Below are positions 1-12,646 of a stretch of 64,000 nt of DNA, piece by piece (the first letter of the stretch is position 1; every line of letters begins with the position of its first letter). This stretch comes from Octopus sinensis (Eukaryota), in the NCBI RefSeq assembly GCF_006345805.1, contig NC_042998.1, positions 122,078,001 to 122,142,000 on the forward strand, in the 5' to 3' direction. Both the position numbers and the translations under genes were made by a program. The notes beneath the pieces were generated by a model. The model was not told where the DNA came from, searched no databases, and saw nothing but the letters and a program-made list of their open reading frames with translations.

Positions 1-177
1 AATGCTTAGCAGTATTTCATCCATCTTTATGTTCTGAGTTCAAATTCCACCTGGATCGACTTTGCCTTTCATCCTTTTGGGGTTGATAAAATAAGTACCA
101 GTTGAGCACTGGGATTGATGTAATCGGCTTATCCCTCTCCCTTGAAATTGCTGGTCTTGTGCCAAAATTTGAAACCA
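1..177 (+). mobile_element. tRNA-derived SINE family A, cut by window start
   Basis: Core GAGTTCAAATTCC...GACTTTGCCTTTCATCC..GGGGTTGATAAA.TAAGTACCAGTT, recurring more than ten times in the window. Confidence 0.8.
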
Positions 178-191
178 TTATCATTATTATT

Positions 192-400
192 AAGGTGGTT
201 AGCTGGCAGAATTGTTAGCATACTGGGCAAAATGCTTAGTGACATTTCGTCCTTCTTTACGTTTTGAGTTCAAATTCTGCAGTGGTTGACTTTGCTTTCA
301 TCCAGTTGAGGTTGATGAAATAAGCTGAGAACTAGGTTCAATGTAATCAACTATAACTCTTCCCAAAATTTCAAGCCTTGTGGCTATAGTAGAAAGAATT
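192..400 (+). mobile_element. SINE family A
   Basis: Head AAGGTGGTTAGCTGGCAGAATTGTTAGCA, B-box-like GAGTTCAAATTC, tail AAAATTTCAAGCCTTGTGGCTATAGTAGAAAG. Confidence 0.8.
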
Positions 401-409
401 ATCATTATT

Positions 410-750
410 ACTGGGTGATCCCATTCGGTCCTGAATAGCCATGGGATTGCACCTAGAAAGTTACCCTCTGAGGCGCAAGTCTGGGCAAAGTTGTTTATGG
501 AAGACCAGCAGTCGCTCACGCATACCAGCATCCCCTCTTCACACCACCGATGTTATCCAAGGGAAAGGCAAGGCCCGATACAGTTTGGCACCAGTGATGT
601 CACAACTCATTTCTACAGTTGAGTGAACTGGAGCAACGTGAAATAAAGTGTCTTGTACAAGAACACAGCATGCAGTCTGGTCTGGGAATCGAACTCACAA
701 CCTCACGATCGTAAGCTTGACACTCTAACCACTGAGTGATGTGCCTTCAC
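410..750 (-). mobile_element. tRNA-derived SINE family D
   Basis: Minus strand begins GTGAAGGCACATCACTCAGTGGTTAGAG (A box)...GAGTTCGATTCCC (B box), followed by GTGTTCTTGTACAAGACACTTTA and a unique body. No tRNA cloverleaf acceptor stem. Confidence 0.7.
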
Positions 751-775
751 TTATTATTATTATTATTATCATTAT

Positions 776-965
776 GAGGGTAGTAGCTTGGCAGAATTGT
801 TAGAGTACAGGACAAAATGCCTTGCGGTATTTCTTCTGGCGCTTTACATTTTGCAGTCGAATCCCTCTAAGAACAATTTTGCCTTTCATCCCACTGGGAT
901 CAATAAAATAAAGCACCATTTAAGTACTGGATACAATGTAATTGAATAAGCTCTTCTTTTCAAAA
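776..965 (+). mobile_element. SINE family A, diverged
   Basis: GCTTGGCAGAATTGTTAGAG...TTTGCCTTTCATCCC...AATAAAATAAAGCACCA; a further diverged copy follows at about 1055-1275. Confidence 0.65.
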
Positions 966-2436
966 TTTTCCATGCTAGCATGGAAAATGGACACCAAACA
1001 GTGATGATGTTGTCGATGATGACAATGATAATGATGATGATAATTAATTATTATGAGTGAATTGGCAAAATTTGATAGAGTGTTGGGCAAAATGCCTTTT
1101 AGGGTTTTATTACAGCTCTTTACATTCTCAGTTCAAATCCCACCAAAGTCACCTTTGCTATTCATCTTTCAAATGTAAATAACATAAACTATCAGTTAAT
1201 TGTTGCAGATGATTACATTGACTAACACCTCTTTTCAAAAGCTGTGGCCTTGTGCCAGCATTAGAAACAAGTGTTATCATTACAGATCAGGTTGTAGTTG
1301 TTGAACTTTTCACTTCTATTATAACTTGCTATATGGCTTGATTTGTGACTGCTGCTACTGAGTTTCCTGCTGCCGCCACCATTTCCGCCATTACCACCAC
1401 TGCCACCACCACCATTATTATTATTATTATTATGATTATTTTGTTTTAGCCTCGTTGATGACGTTTTTGTGATTGACTATTTGCATCTTGTTCAATTACT
1501 CTTTTATTTTTTTTTTACTTTTGTCTTGTATCAACTTCCAGGAAATACAAGTAAACATTGACATAACAAACCTGACTGAGTTTTAAAAACAAAAGTTCAA
1601 CAATGAAACGATATCAATCTCATGGAAAAAAAGCAACACATACACACACACATATATATATGCAAAAAATTTCTCAGAGACACAAGTTTCAATTACTTGT
1701 AGCAGCAATCTTTACTGAGACAGAGCAGTGTCCCCATCTCTTTCTCTGATTCCAATTTTTTTATAACATACATTAATGATATGACTACTAACAATAACAA
1801 AAACAAAAAATTCATTACCACCACCACCATCACCGTTCCCACCATGAATGATGACATCATAAAGAACACAACTAACACCAGTAATGAGAACAACACTAAC
1901 ATTATTGAAATAGTAGCCAAATCCTCCACAAATCACAATGCATTGTTATAAATAAAGAAAGGATACATATGGTCAGTCTTCTTGATACCCTTATGAAAAG
2001 TGAGATGGTCAAAGCTGGAACTGACCAAAAGTCTGATTGATCTATACTCAAAAGATATGATGAACAGGTATAATCATTCTTAATAACGAACTTGTATGAT
2101 CAGGGCTGACACATGTCTAGACAACAGCAGCACCTAACTATAACATTATTGAGGGAACCTTGTTCTGGTTTCACGAGCTGCTGAAAATAGCAGTCAAATT
2201 TCCCTATACCATATCCTACAGTTTGAGAAAACAAAGGATACACTGAATAAAATAGTTCTAGATACCCTATTTCTGAAGAAATAAGATAGTAAGGGTATAG
2301 TTGTATCTTCTTGATCATAAGTTTGCTTGATTAGATTTGATCAAGGACTAAACAACAACTATAGAATTGTCTGAAATGAAAGGGAACTAAAAGAAGTATG
2401 TAACCACCAAAAATTGGGAGGTGTCTAAGCACTTAG

Positions 2437-2612
2437 TACACTCTATGGAGTGGTTGCTGTTAGGAAGGGCATCCAGCTGTAGAAACTATGCCAGAACAGA
2501 CAATGGAACCTGGTGCAACCCTTGACCATACCAACTCCATTAAACTGTCCAACCCCATTCTAGCATGGAAAATGGATGTTATATATGATGTTGATGATGA
2601 TGATGATGATGA
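2437..2612 (+). mobile_element. RTE-LINE 3' tail (family C)
   Basis: GAGTGGTTG..GTTAGGAAGGGCATCCAGCTGTAGAAA...GCATGGAAAATGGATGTT(GAT)n. Other copies: about 2775-2940(+), 7473-7545(-), 10735-10875(+), 28430-28521(-), 28743-28945(-), 31655-31705(+), 39612-39700(-), 45830-45995(+), 63930-64000(-). Confidence 0.75.
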
Positions 2613-3240
2613 ATTAGATACAGTACATAAACAGGGAATGGGAACAAGTATATTATCATACAGAACAAAGAGAAATAAGTAACTGTAGCAATTTTTGAGT
2701 AGCAAATGCATAGGGTTCTGAGATCCCTTTATTCGATCTCTCTATTGTTAGTGCCATAGAAAATGCATCAGAATACTCTGTAAAGGCGTTGGTAATAGGA
2801 AGAGCATCCAGTTGTAGAAACCAACCCAAATGACTGTAGAGATAACAGTGTTCAAAAGAAGATGATTCAGACCATGATGATCCCTTCAACTCATGTCAGC
2901 ATGGAAAGCAGATATAAAAATAATGATGATGATGTTGATGAGAGAAACTGAAGGTGTATGTGATCAGAGAGAATCAACAATAACAGCACAAACTACAGTG
3001 ATAACACTGATTCCATTGCATGGCATCTTGTGTGGTTGATGGAAATTGTGTTGAAGCCTGTTGGTAAGATGTCCCCCAGTTCAATACCACCACTAGACCC
3101 TTGGGTGCCTTTATCATAGATCAAATTGTAGCAAGCATTTGGGCCAGGTCCTCGTCTGATGATATCTTGCTCCCTTTTACCTATCAGTGATGGGTCATAG
3201 GTGCTAAACTTCCTTTTCTAATACAAAAAGAAAAGAAAAG

Positions 3241-3449
3241 GTTTCTAAGATAGTCACACAATCAGTAATTTTGAGGGGAGGGTAAATTAATACCATAGAC
3301 TCCATTACTTGATTGTTTTTTTATCAACCTCAAAAGAATGAAAAGCAAAGATGACCTCAATGGGATATGAACTCAGAATGTAGAGAGCCAGAAGAATTAC
3401 TACAAGGCATCTATCTACTGTTCCAAAATTATGCTAGCTTTTCACCTTA
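3241..3449 (-). mobile_element. SINE family A, diverged
   Basis: Reverse complement of the family A core (GAATGAAAAGCAAAGATGACC...TGAACTCAGAATG). Confidence 0.6.
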
Positions 3450-3524
3450 ATGAATAAATAAACAAATAAAGCCTAAAAACCAACACTTGCAAAGCCATGA
3501 AGGTGCCCAACCCAATGAGTAAAC

Positions 3525-3735
3525 CACAATATGGTAGCTGAATTTGCTAGAAATAGCAGCCAAATCTTACTCAAATCATATCCTACTGATTTACAATAGG
3601 AAGGAAGGAAGGAAGGAAGGACACATCTGATGATGTAGTTCCAGAAACAACTGAAAATATAATAGGATGGTCATCATTGGAATGCCTTTAATAATAGGTT
3701 TGTTTGACTGGTAACAGCTGACTGCAGTAACAACA
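3525..3735 (+). repeat. Interspersed repeat family E (SINE-like, class uncertain)
   Basis: GCTAGAAATAGCAGCCAAATC..CTCAAATCA...GGATGGTCA..GCTGGAATGCCTTT.ATCATAGGT. Similar copies at about 1905-2085(+), 2165-2362(+), 15290-15480(-), 35870-36072(+), 46820-46985(-), 55325-55460(-), 56255-56470(-), 62590-62720(+). Confidence 0.6.
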
Positions 3736-4039
3736 GATCTGCAGCATCAAGAACACCGACAATAGGATAAACATTTCTTAATCAATCAAAAATTTAAGAC
3801 AACAGAACAAAAAGGTACATAAAAAAGAAACCAAAAGGAAAGCAAAAACAAAAAAAAACCCAATATTTCTGCAAGATCACCATTATATCTTAATGTTCAT
3901 CTTTTCATACTGGCATGAGATGGTGGTGGTGAGTGGGGTGATGTAGTGCAAATTCCTCCAAACAACAACATAAAACCTGACATTGAGCCCTTTCACTTTT
4001 GTTAAACTACTGTTCATGGAAGCAGTTGTTAAAGTGGCT

Positions 4040-4135
4040 ATTATTATTATTATTATCATCATTATTATTATCATTATTATTATTATTATTACTATTATTT
4101 TTATTATTATTATTGTTATTACCACCACCACCAAT
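4040..4135. repeat. (ATT)n microsatellite
   Basis: Direct reading; it generates the poly-Ile ORFs 3883-4134 and 3983-4237. Confidence 0.95.
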
Positions 4136-4244
4136 AGTCACGTTTCACTAATTGTTTTTGACTTAGTCTATGATGTTCTTATTGTTATTATTAGTACTGG
4201 AATGTTGGACTTGTTCTTGGTGGCTATAGGGAGCTAACAAAGTG

Positions 4245-4283
<39 letters not shown>

Positions 4284-5263
4284 ATGTTCGTGTAACTGGC
4301 AGAGAAGCTATTTGGTTGATTAGGAAGGCCAGTGAGGTGTGAAAATTTTGTAAGTCCAGCAAATTAAAATCGTCAACTGGTCAGATATTTATGAATACAG
4401 TGTTGTAAATGACAAATTCAATTATATCTGTGGAATTCAATGACCTTTGTATGCCAGGATGCCTAGATAACAAATATTGAAAAATGGCATAGAGATAGAT
4501 CTCACGCTTTGTTGCTCTCATGTCCCACCCGCCGTCACCACTACCAGCATTACTATCACTTCCTTACGATCTGGCCGCAGTTTAACTCTGGTTTTATCAA
4601 AGGGACTCAGACTGAATTGTGTGCCTTATTGGATATATTTTACAGAACTGAAAGGCCGTGAACTGCTAGAAGCGGTAGAGCACCGGTCAAGATGTTGCAA
4701 TACAATGCTTAGTTTTAGTCCCCTAACAGCAATTCTCTGAAGAAATTCTGCTATTGAATATAACTTTAACCACTGCCAAAGTTTGTAAATTAAGTGGCAG
4801 TTAATATATTGAGGAGGAAATGTTACTGACTTTGTGCCTAAGATGGAAATATGAAGGAAAGCATATATTTATCTCCGCTTAAACGCAGCTGTTCTATTAG
4901 AACTAGCTATACTGTAGCAGTTTGTTCCAACAGAACATCCATGTTTAAGTGGGGATAAATATTACCTTTTGGTATTAATACTGCCTTTGCTGCAAATACA
5001 TATATTCTTGAGAATGGAAGCATGTTCTACTACAGATGCATCATTTATATCACTGACCCAAGTTCAAGTCCTGCTAAAATTAAACACACATTTTTTCTAT
5101 TAGGGTGGTGGTGTTAGAATAGGAAACTGCAATATAGGGAACAAGCCAAGCACGTTTAGATAGATGTGCAATATTAATACGCATGAATGAGATTAGGGAA
5201 AGTTTGGGTGAAAAAGGAATAATCTGAAGAACACTAAAGAGATAAGGCTGTGTTAGCACAGAC

Positions 5264-5400
5264 ATGAAGGATGATGGTTGGGTAAAGAAGTGCCAAGTGA
5301 TCCAAATGGAAGAAATCTGCAGAAGTGAAGGATTGAGGAAGGCATAGGAAGAAGTGATTGAGGTTGGTTTTGAAGAAGATGAATCTCATGAAGGAGATTA
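5264..5400 (+). pseudogene. RTE-clade LINE ORF C-terminal relic
   Basis: Translates MKDDGWVKKCQVIQMEEICRSEGLRKA*EEVI, resembling the RTE C-terminal DWVKKC...GRPRKTW.EV motif. Confidence 0.55.
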
Positions 5401-5486
5401 AGTCTTTTCAAATTGTATGAATATTACACACTTTCATTATATATAAATATATATATATATATACACACACATACACACTTTCAATT

Positions 5487-5518
<32 letters not shown>

Positions 5519-5519
<1 letters not shown>

Positions 5520-5872
5520 ATTCTTTTACTTGTTTCAGTCATTTGACTGTGGCCATGATGGAGCACCACCTTTAGTCAAATGAATCGATCCCAGGACTTA
5601 TTTTTTGTAAGCCTAGTACTTATTCTATCAGCTAAGTTACGGGGATGTAAACACACCAGCATCGGTTGTCAAGTGATGGGTGGGGGACAACCACACACAC
5701 AGACGACAGGCTTCTTTTAGTTTCCATCTACCAAATCCACTCACAAGGCTTCGGTTGGCCTGATGCTATAAGTAGAAGACACTTGCCCAAGGTGCCACAC
5801 AGTGGGACTGAACCCAGAACTATGTGGTTGGGAAGCAAGCTTCTTACTACACAGCCATGCCTGCTGATTAAA
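5519..5872 (-). mobile_element. Composite tRNA/CORE-like SINE family B
   Basis: Minus-strand head GGCATGGCTGTGTAGTAAGAAGCTTGCTTCCCAACCAC...GGCACCTTGGGCAAGTG (CORE-like CCTTGGGCAAGT), (CA)n spacer, tail GGTGCTCCATCATGGCCACAGTCAAATGACTGAAACAAGTAAAAG. Confidence 0.8.
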
Positions 5873-6424
5873 GCACATTCACTGTCTGTGGCTACCTGAT
5901 GTCATCAACAGTATAGATATAAATGCCACTGGACTTATTTCAGGAATTCCTCCATCTGCATCAATGAGACATGGTTGAGGCAAATTTCTTTATGGTTGGA
6001 TGCTTTTCCTGTCATAACCCTTATTAGTGTTCAAGCAATGTAAAGATTTCCCTAGTCTATTGAACAATGAAGAGAGTGGGCATACTTTTGTGGAAGATTA
6101 CAAATAAAACCATTTCTTAAACAGTGACTCTTTGCTTACAATTAGTATGCACATGTTAAGGAAAAAAACATACACTCAATTATGCATGCATATACACACA
6201 CTTTTAATGTGTATGTATGTGTATGTGTGTAATGTGGCTATGAGGATGCTTATGCAAGAATAGATAGGCACCAGGTTAGTGCTTGGACTGCTCAAATCCT
6301 TAAACAGTGTTGATGGTGCATTTATTTATAACAATCATTCCAATAACAGTAACAATAATGGCAATAATAATAATGATTATAATAATAATAGAATTTCATC
6401 ACTGCCCCTAACTCATGAGAAGAA

Positions 6425-6710
6425 GAAATGTAACTGTAGAGTAACCACTAAATGCCCTTTGAGTAGTTATTATTTGCACTATAATGGTGTAAGTGCGCAG
6501 TCACTATCAAAATATACTTTGAGTCTTCAATCAATTTTAAGTACTGCTACCTGGCACATATCAGTTCTTTCTCTAACACTAAGCACAAAACTGCCATTTT
6601 GTTGACAACTTAAATTTATCACCTCAATGCCAAAAGCATATTGAATACCTCTCAAGATATTTAGAGGAAGGAAATTCTGTTCAATATGTTAAGTGATGTA
6701 ACCATCTCTT
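6425..6710 (+). pseudogene. Penelope-like element, Zn-finger/GIY-YIG region relic
   Basis: CNCRVTTKCPL, then after frameshifts NFKYCYLAHISSFSNTKHKTAILL and RGRKFCSIC. These match the CNC..CPL, FK.RY.NH.SSF and C.LC segments I recall for Penelope-like C-termini. Confidence 0.6.
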
Positions 6711-9238
6711 ACCATCACAAATTTCATAAAGCCTTTTCTTTCTATCACAGAGTGATTGCTAAAATTGATTTCTATGAGTCTTAGTTTCATTTTTAAATTT
6801 TAAATTCTCCTCTCCCCTCTAAACTTTTTCCTTGTACCTCATTTTTATACTTAACTAGACAACCTGGTAGAAATTATGAATTATGTATAATTAAGTGGAA
6901 ATTTGAATTTATTAATGATTCCCCAACAATTTTTTCAGTCACTTCGCCTCTTTTGTGTATATGGTGACTGGCTTATACTTTATGGTTCAGCACTTTCATT
7001 TACCCTTTTGTAAACTTTACTGCATACATACATTTTTGATATTTTTTAATGTATTCATTTAGACTTACCGTTCTTCAAAAACCTTGTTTTTACCTTGTTT
7101 TTTTTTCTGAAAAATTTTCTTTTAATATCTTTGTTATGATAGATTTCACTTACTTCTCAACCTCATCCCTCTTCTCATTCATAACTCTTATAAATGCTTT
7201 ATAACTCTTCCCTGTAGCAGGTTAAAGTTTGTGCACAGACCAGCATAGCACTCATGGCACTTCCATTTCCTTTTTTCTTTCATTATCTTTCTTTCTCCAT
7301 CTCTTTACACATCATCACTATCTCTCCCTCTCCAGCACTTTCATAGCTCATTCTTTCCTTATTCCTTTCCTTCTTATCTCTTAATCTTAATCCTTGTCCC
7401 TTATATTTTATATCTTTCTTCCTAACTGATACTCATAGCTTTCATGTTCTTATTCTTTTTCAGCCTGTCTCTCATCATCATCATCATCATCATAATCATC
7501 ATCATCATTTAATGTCCATTTTCCATGCTGGCATAGGCTGAACGGTTCATACTCTATTTAGTTTCTTTATATCAACCCTACCTAATGTCACAATTCCTTT
7601 CTGGGAATTATCTCCTCCTTTGCATTTGCTGCATGTTCTAAAGATGATGTGCTGTGATTGATGAATCAAGTTATTAATACTTATTTATCATCATTCCTGT
7701 ATATTTATATCATGTCCACTTATGTGCTTTTGAATAAATATTGCCTTATTATGTTAACACTTAATATTTACCATTATATTCAGACTTAATATTTACTATT
7801 CATTGGATACATTGAAACAGCTGTAAAGATACGAGTTATATCATGTAATATTATGTAACAACTCATGTAAATATATTCCATAAGCTTGTGATTGTTTATT
7901 CATATTTGTGTGTGTGTGCATGTACACACACACACACTTAAATGACAGATTGTGTCTAAAAACGTTTATATGTTGTGAAAAAGTGGAGAGTTGTGGTGAA
8001 GCAAGTGGTAAGATCACAGTGAACATAGATCACAGACTAATTTCATTTGCTAGTTGAAACTACTTTCAATTCACTTATATTGCTTGATAATGTTCATACT
8101 TGCAAACATTACAGACCCTTTCCAAAAACTTTCCACTCACCTAGTCTAAAGAAAACAATATATTTTGTTGGCAGAGATTAGTTTTAGTAATATCTTTCCA
8201 AATATTGTTAGACTGAGGCAGACTGCATTTCCCTCAAACCCCACACTTTATTAAAGATATTCAGAAACTTTGTCTCAATGATGCAATAGTGTAGGGGGGC
8301 TGGGTGGATGGGTGGGAAACAGAAGATATACTGTGATGAAGGAGACAGAAGACACAGTCGTAGTAGTTGTTGTAGTAATATTAGTAAGAAAAGAATAAGG
8401 TGAGAAAGAAGTAGCAGACAGCTACTAGTGTTAGGAAGGAAAAAAAACAAAATGAAAACAAAAAACGAAAAATATGTGATGGCATACAGTGAAGACAGGA
8501 AATAAAACAGGTTTCAGAATTTCCATTTAAATATAAATTAGATTATTATATAAAACAACAAGCAAACAAACAAAAAAAATTACAAAAAAAAAAAAAGAAA
8601 AGAAAATGTAATGCCACGTTGGCTCAATATTCAATTTCAAAAGAACTTCTTGGTTTAAAGAGGCTAGAACATTTAGAGATAGGGGTATTGAAAAAAATAA
8701 TAAATAGATAAAATAAAATAAAATAAAATAAAATAAAATAAAAGGGGGTAAAAAACTACTTCCTTTTTGTATGCGTTAGCATCTTTGATGTAAGCACAAC
8801 TTACCAGCATCAAAATTATTAATATACATTTATCTGATCTAACTGATATGACAACAGCAAGAAGAATTCATTCGATCAAAGCAGTTACAGCAAAACTTTT
8901 TTTTCCTTATTTAAAGTTTCTAATCTGAAACACTTTATCAGAATAACTTTAATAAATATAAATTGATTGGAATTTTTAAATGGCTGGGAATTATATTTCA
9001 TAATTTCATTTTCATTTTATTTCTTTTTTATTTTTCATTCATATTTTATTTCCTTTTTTATTTTTTGCTTTTTTTTGGCAAGTTTTCATTCTTAACAGCA
9101 TTTTATCTCCAGGCAAAGAACAAAAAAAAATTAGCCAAAAAACAAAAAAAAAACTCACTGAAATGTTTACATATCCTCTTAACAGTTTAAATATTCCATG
9201 TGAAATAATCAAAGAGTAGTTAAGTTAGAGGGGTAAAC

Positions 9239-9240
<2 letters not shown>

Positions 9241-9291
<51 letters not shown>
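9241..9291. repeat. (GA)n microsatellite
   Basis: Direct reading. Confidence 0.95.
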
Positions 9292-10246
9292 CAGACTATG
9301 AAAGCACAAAGAAAAAAAAACTGATAGTAACAAGAAAATTAATAATAATCAAAGTAACAAAACAAGATGAAACAAAGAAGGCAAAAAAATAATATCTACA
9401 GAAGCTAGAGTGAAATTGTCTTTGTATAATTGTTTTGAGAACTTCTAGTATTCTGCTACAGAACAAAGTTTTCAGCGAGGGAGCAATATACTGGATATAA
9501 AACAGCATCTTGGCAATTCAGACTACAGCCTTTAGTAAGATGTGAAGAGATTCTGCCTCTGTTATTGATTTTTGTTAACATCTCACTGGAAATTTTGGCT
9601 AATAAATTATAACACATCATAAGAGATGAGACATTTTTTTTTTTTATTTATTTTTGTGGTAGCTTTTCAGGGTTCACCAAATTTATTCCCAGAGGACACA
9701 AAAGAGCAGATATACATATATAAAAGACTGATAGAATAAGTTTGCAGTTTAGTGACAGGAATGGACTGCAGAATATAAAAACAAAAAGTTAGCAGACTTA
9801 ATGGTTGGAACTAATGTACACACTACACACTATTTACCGTTTAGCTGCATGCTAAAATTAATGGCTAGAACCGATTCAATGAGGCTGTTAGCATGTTTGA
9901 CAGGTGGTGAGGTAGTAACTCGTGTACAGACTGGCTACTGTTGAAACCACATATTACCTTTCTAATACACTGATCTGGATGAAATCGCTTGAGGGCTTCT
10001 TAAAACCAGGGAATCAATCTCTGCAGCTCTGATGCTGATAATGACCAAGGTGGTGGCGGTGGTGGCAGAAGCACTTACTGATGGCAGTAGCAGTTGAGGA
10101 AAATCCAACTAGTTTCACAACTAAATGGAAACTTACCAAGCAGTGGCAAAAATCAGGTACCATAATGTATGAAAATAAATATGCGTATGTAGGATATACA
10201 TACACAATCATATATATTTGATATATATATGTGTATGAGAGAGAGT

Positions 10247-10490
10247 TTCCGATACATAGGTAACCTAATTACCAGTGTGGGTGGATGCTTTTAAAGCATC
10301 CACCAGAGTAAGACTGAACTGAATAAGTTCAAGGAGCAACTATGTTACTGGCATCAAAGACCTCTCCCTCAGATTGAGAGCAGATTGTATGAGGCTTGAG
10401 TGCAAAGTGAAATGCTACATGATAGTGAAACAGGAGCCTTGAATGCAGAGGATAAAGAAAGGAAGCAAGCATACTTTGTTAGATGTGTAA
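10247..10490 (+). pseudogene. RTE-clade LINE RT/thumb relic
   Basis: FRYIGNLITSVGGC...RVR...NKFKEQL...DLSLRLR..LYEA.VQSEMLHDSETGALNAED across frameshifts and stops. Confidence 0.7.
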
Positions 10491-10896
10491 TATAATTGTG
10501 CATGAATGATATAGAGTACAAATGACTTGAGAGAAAAGCTATTTATAAGAGGAATCAGATGTAGTATGCAGGAGAGGAGATTGTTTTGGTCATTACACCT
10601 TCTCAATCAAGAGAGATCTTTATTTTTGTGAGTTACAAGGCAACCTCATAAACACTGGTGCCATGAAAAAGTAAAGTGGTTGGCAACTTGAGCAGAAACA
10701 ATGCAGATTCTGTTATCTTATCTGTATAGTGGTTAATATTAGGATGGGGATTTAGCCATAGAAACCATGCCAATATTAGAAAGTTAAAAAAGACGTGGTC
10801 CTCTAATCCATTGGATTCTGTTCAACTGTCCAACCTAGACCAACACTGTAAAAAGCCATAAAGTGATGATGATGATAGTTATTATATACGAGAGAG

Positions 10897-11112
10897 AAGG
10901 CGGTGAGCAGGCAGAATTGTTAGCACATTGGGTGAAATGTTTAGTTGTATTTTGTTTGCAGTTATGTTCCAAGTTCAAATTTCGCCAAGGTTGACTTTGC
11001 CTTTCATCCTTTTGGGGTTGATAAATTAAGTACCAGTTGAGTACTGGGGTCGATGCAATTGACTATTCCCCTCCCCTAAATTTCAGACCTTGTGCCTATA
11101 GTAGAAAGGATT
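10897..11112 (+). mobile_element. SINE family A, full length
   Basis: AAGGCGGTGAGCAGGCAGAATTGTTAGCAC ... CCTTGTGCCTATAGTAGAAAGGATT. Confidence 0.85.
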
Positions 11113-11629
11113 ATACATGAGAGAGAGAGTGAGAGAGAGAGAATGGAGTACAAGCTGCTAGTTAGATCCAGTGCAGATTAAAACCATACATTGGGAAGAT
11201 AAAGAAAAGGAAGTTGATCCATTGTGGATAGGAATGTGAGGCAACCCTATAAATCTCATTCATTAATAAAACAATAACCTATACTACAACTAGTTGACTT
11301 AATGTCAGAATCGCCATCTGGAAGGGTTGACTGTCCACATCCTCTCACTAATGGTACACTATGCAATATGAATTGAGTCTGCTGAAATGTAAATATGTTG
11401 TTTAGCCACATATCAGTTATGACTAAGTAGATCTATGACTGTACTGTTATAACCATACTGCTCTTTTTTCCAAACAGTCTATGAAGTATTTCATTATACA
11501 ATGTCATTTTTCAATTATAAACAGTATAGGTGGTGTGATGTGAATAAGATTAGTAAGCAATTTCTAACACATCAAGTGACCATGGAGAGAGTTTTTCATT
11601 GGCTCACAATATATATGTATCATGTGCAG

Positions 11630-12110
11630 GTATAGTGCAACTTCTGTAGTCAATTTCCACAACTGTGCACAGCTTCTCTTCTCTATCCCAAATCCTTATA
11701 TCAGGTCTGTTGTGCTTACACTTTATTGAGGTCTTCACTGATACATTCCCACCAGTACTCCTTATTATGAGTGGCTATTGCTTCTACCATACTGTGTGTT
11801 CTTTCTTTGTCCTCAAGGTTATCCTTCCCATGGATTTCATTATAGAGTGTTCTAGCTACAACATCATGTCTCATTAGTAGATAATACCGTGATGACATCT
11901 TCAGACAGCTGCTTATGATGTGGGGTGCTATCTTTGGTGTAACTCCACAAAGTCTGCATCGGTTGTCACATTTTACTGCTTTTCCCGCATCTCTATCCCT
12001 TTTGTGCATCAGGTACTTAGTTGATATTTCCTGTTCATGGATTGCAAATGCATACCCTCCAAAGTGGGAGGTAGTAATCCAGCCACTGATAAACTGCTTT
12101 GATGGTTGAT
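11630..12110 (-). pseudogene. R4/Dong/NeSL-like non-LTR retroelement (CCHC + restriction-like endonuclease) relic
   Basis: FAIHEQEISTKY, CRLCG...HIISSC (CCHC knuckle), RHDVVA, and after a frameshift HNRPDIRIWDREEKLCTVVEI (PD-(D/E) motif). Confidence 0.8.
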
Positions 12111-12289
12111 GTTATTGTCATCTCGGAACTTTCTACTAACATATCAATGCATAGTCTTTTGCTCATGTAGGCTCATTTTTGTATGTATGTATGCAGATAT
12201 GTGTATGTTTTATGTATGTATATATATGTATGTATGTATATATATGTATATATATATATATTTTTGTCCTGTTATTACTATTATTGTTT

Positions 12290-12600
12290 TTTGTATTTAT
12301 ATTCGTGTGGCATCGTTCGTTTTTCTGTCCTTGTTTCGTATACATTTGATCCTTTTTCCAAGAAATCTAATGCTCGTAGCTTAGTTTTTCCTTGGGGCTG
12401 GCCAGATCAGAGCGATCTCAAGATTAATCAGCCAAAATTGCGAGGATGATCCGGTTCTTGACTGAAGATTGAAGGCTTCGAATGTCCCGTCCGTGTTTTT
12501 TGTATCGTCTTCTAAATGTTTTATGTTCTTGTCCCAGTTTGTATTTTTCTACATATAATATATATAGCGGCGCCCGTACCCTCTTTGGCCTTGTATGTAA
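12290..12600. repeat. CpG-retaining interspersed repeat, possibly a Penelope-like terminal repeat
   Basis: Complex sequence with many CpGs inserted between (TA)/(TG) microsatellites. Class assigned only by resemblance. Confidence 0.35.

Positions 12601-12646
<46 letters not shown>

Noticed and set aside
660-750. tRNA gene suggested by A and B boxes
   Set aside because: No complete cloverleaf or acceptor stem, and it continues into a SINE body. The same applies to the family A and B heads.
1542-1550. 9-nt microexon candidate after a long pyrimidine tract (also a 6-nt candidate at 30426-30431)
   Set aside because: No host gene identified, and such AG/GT pairs are frequent by chance. Only junction reads could rescue it.
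7211-7300. Minus-strand RKWKCHECYAGLC, resembling a piggyBac cysteine-rich tail
   Set aside because: Too short, lacks the rest of the motif, and lies in purine-rich low-complexity DNA.
10079-10120. 42-nt minus-strand exon candidate (VVKLVGFSSTATAI); similar isolated GTAAGT donors near 7068 and 8804
   Set aside because: GTAAGT is expected many times per strand at this composition; no coherent frame or homology links them.
12455-12495. Hammerhead-like CTGAAGA...GAA
   Set aside because: Stem II cannot close with G10.1-C11.1 without consuming the core, GAAT replaces GAAA, and there is no convincing stem I.
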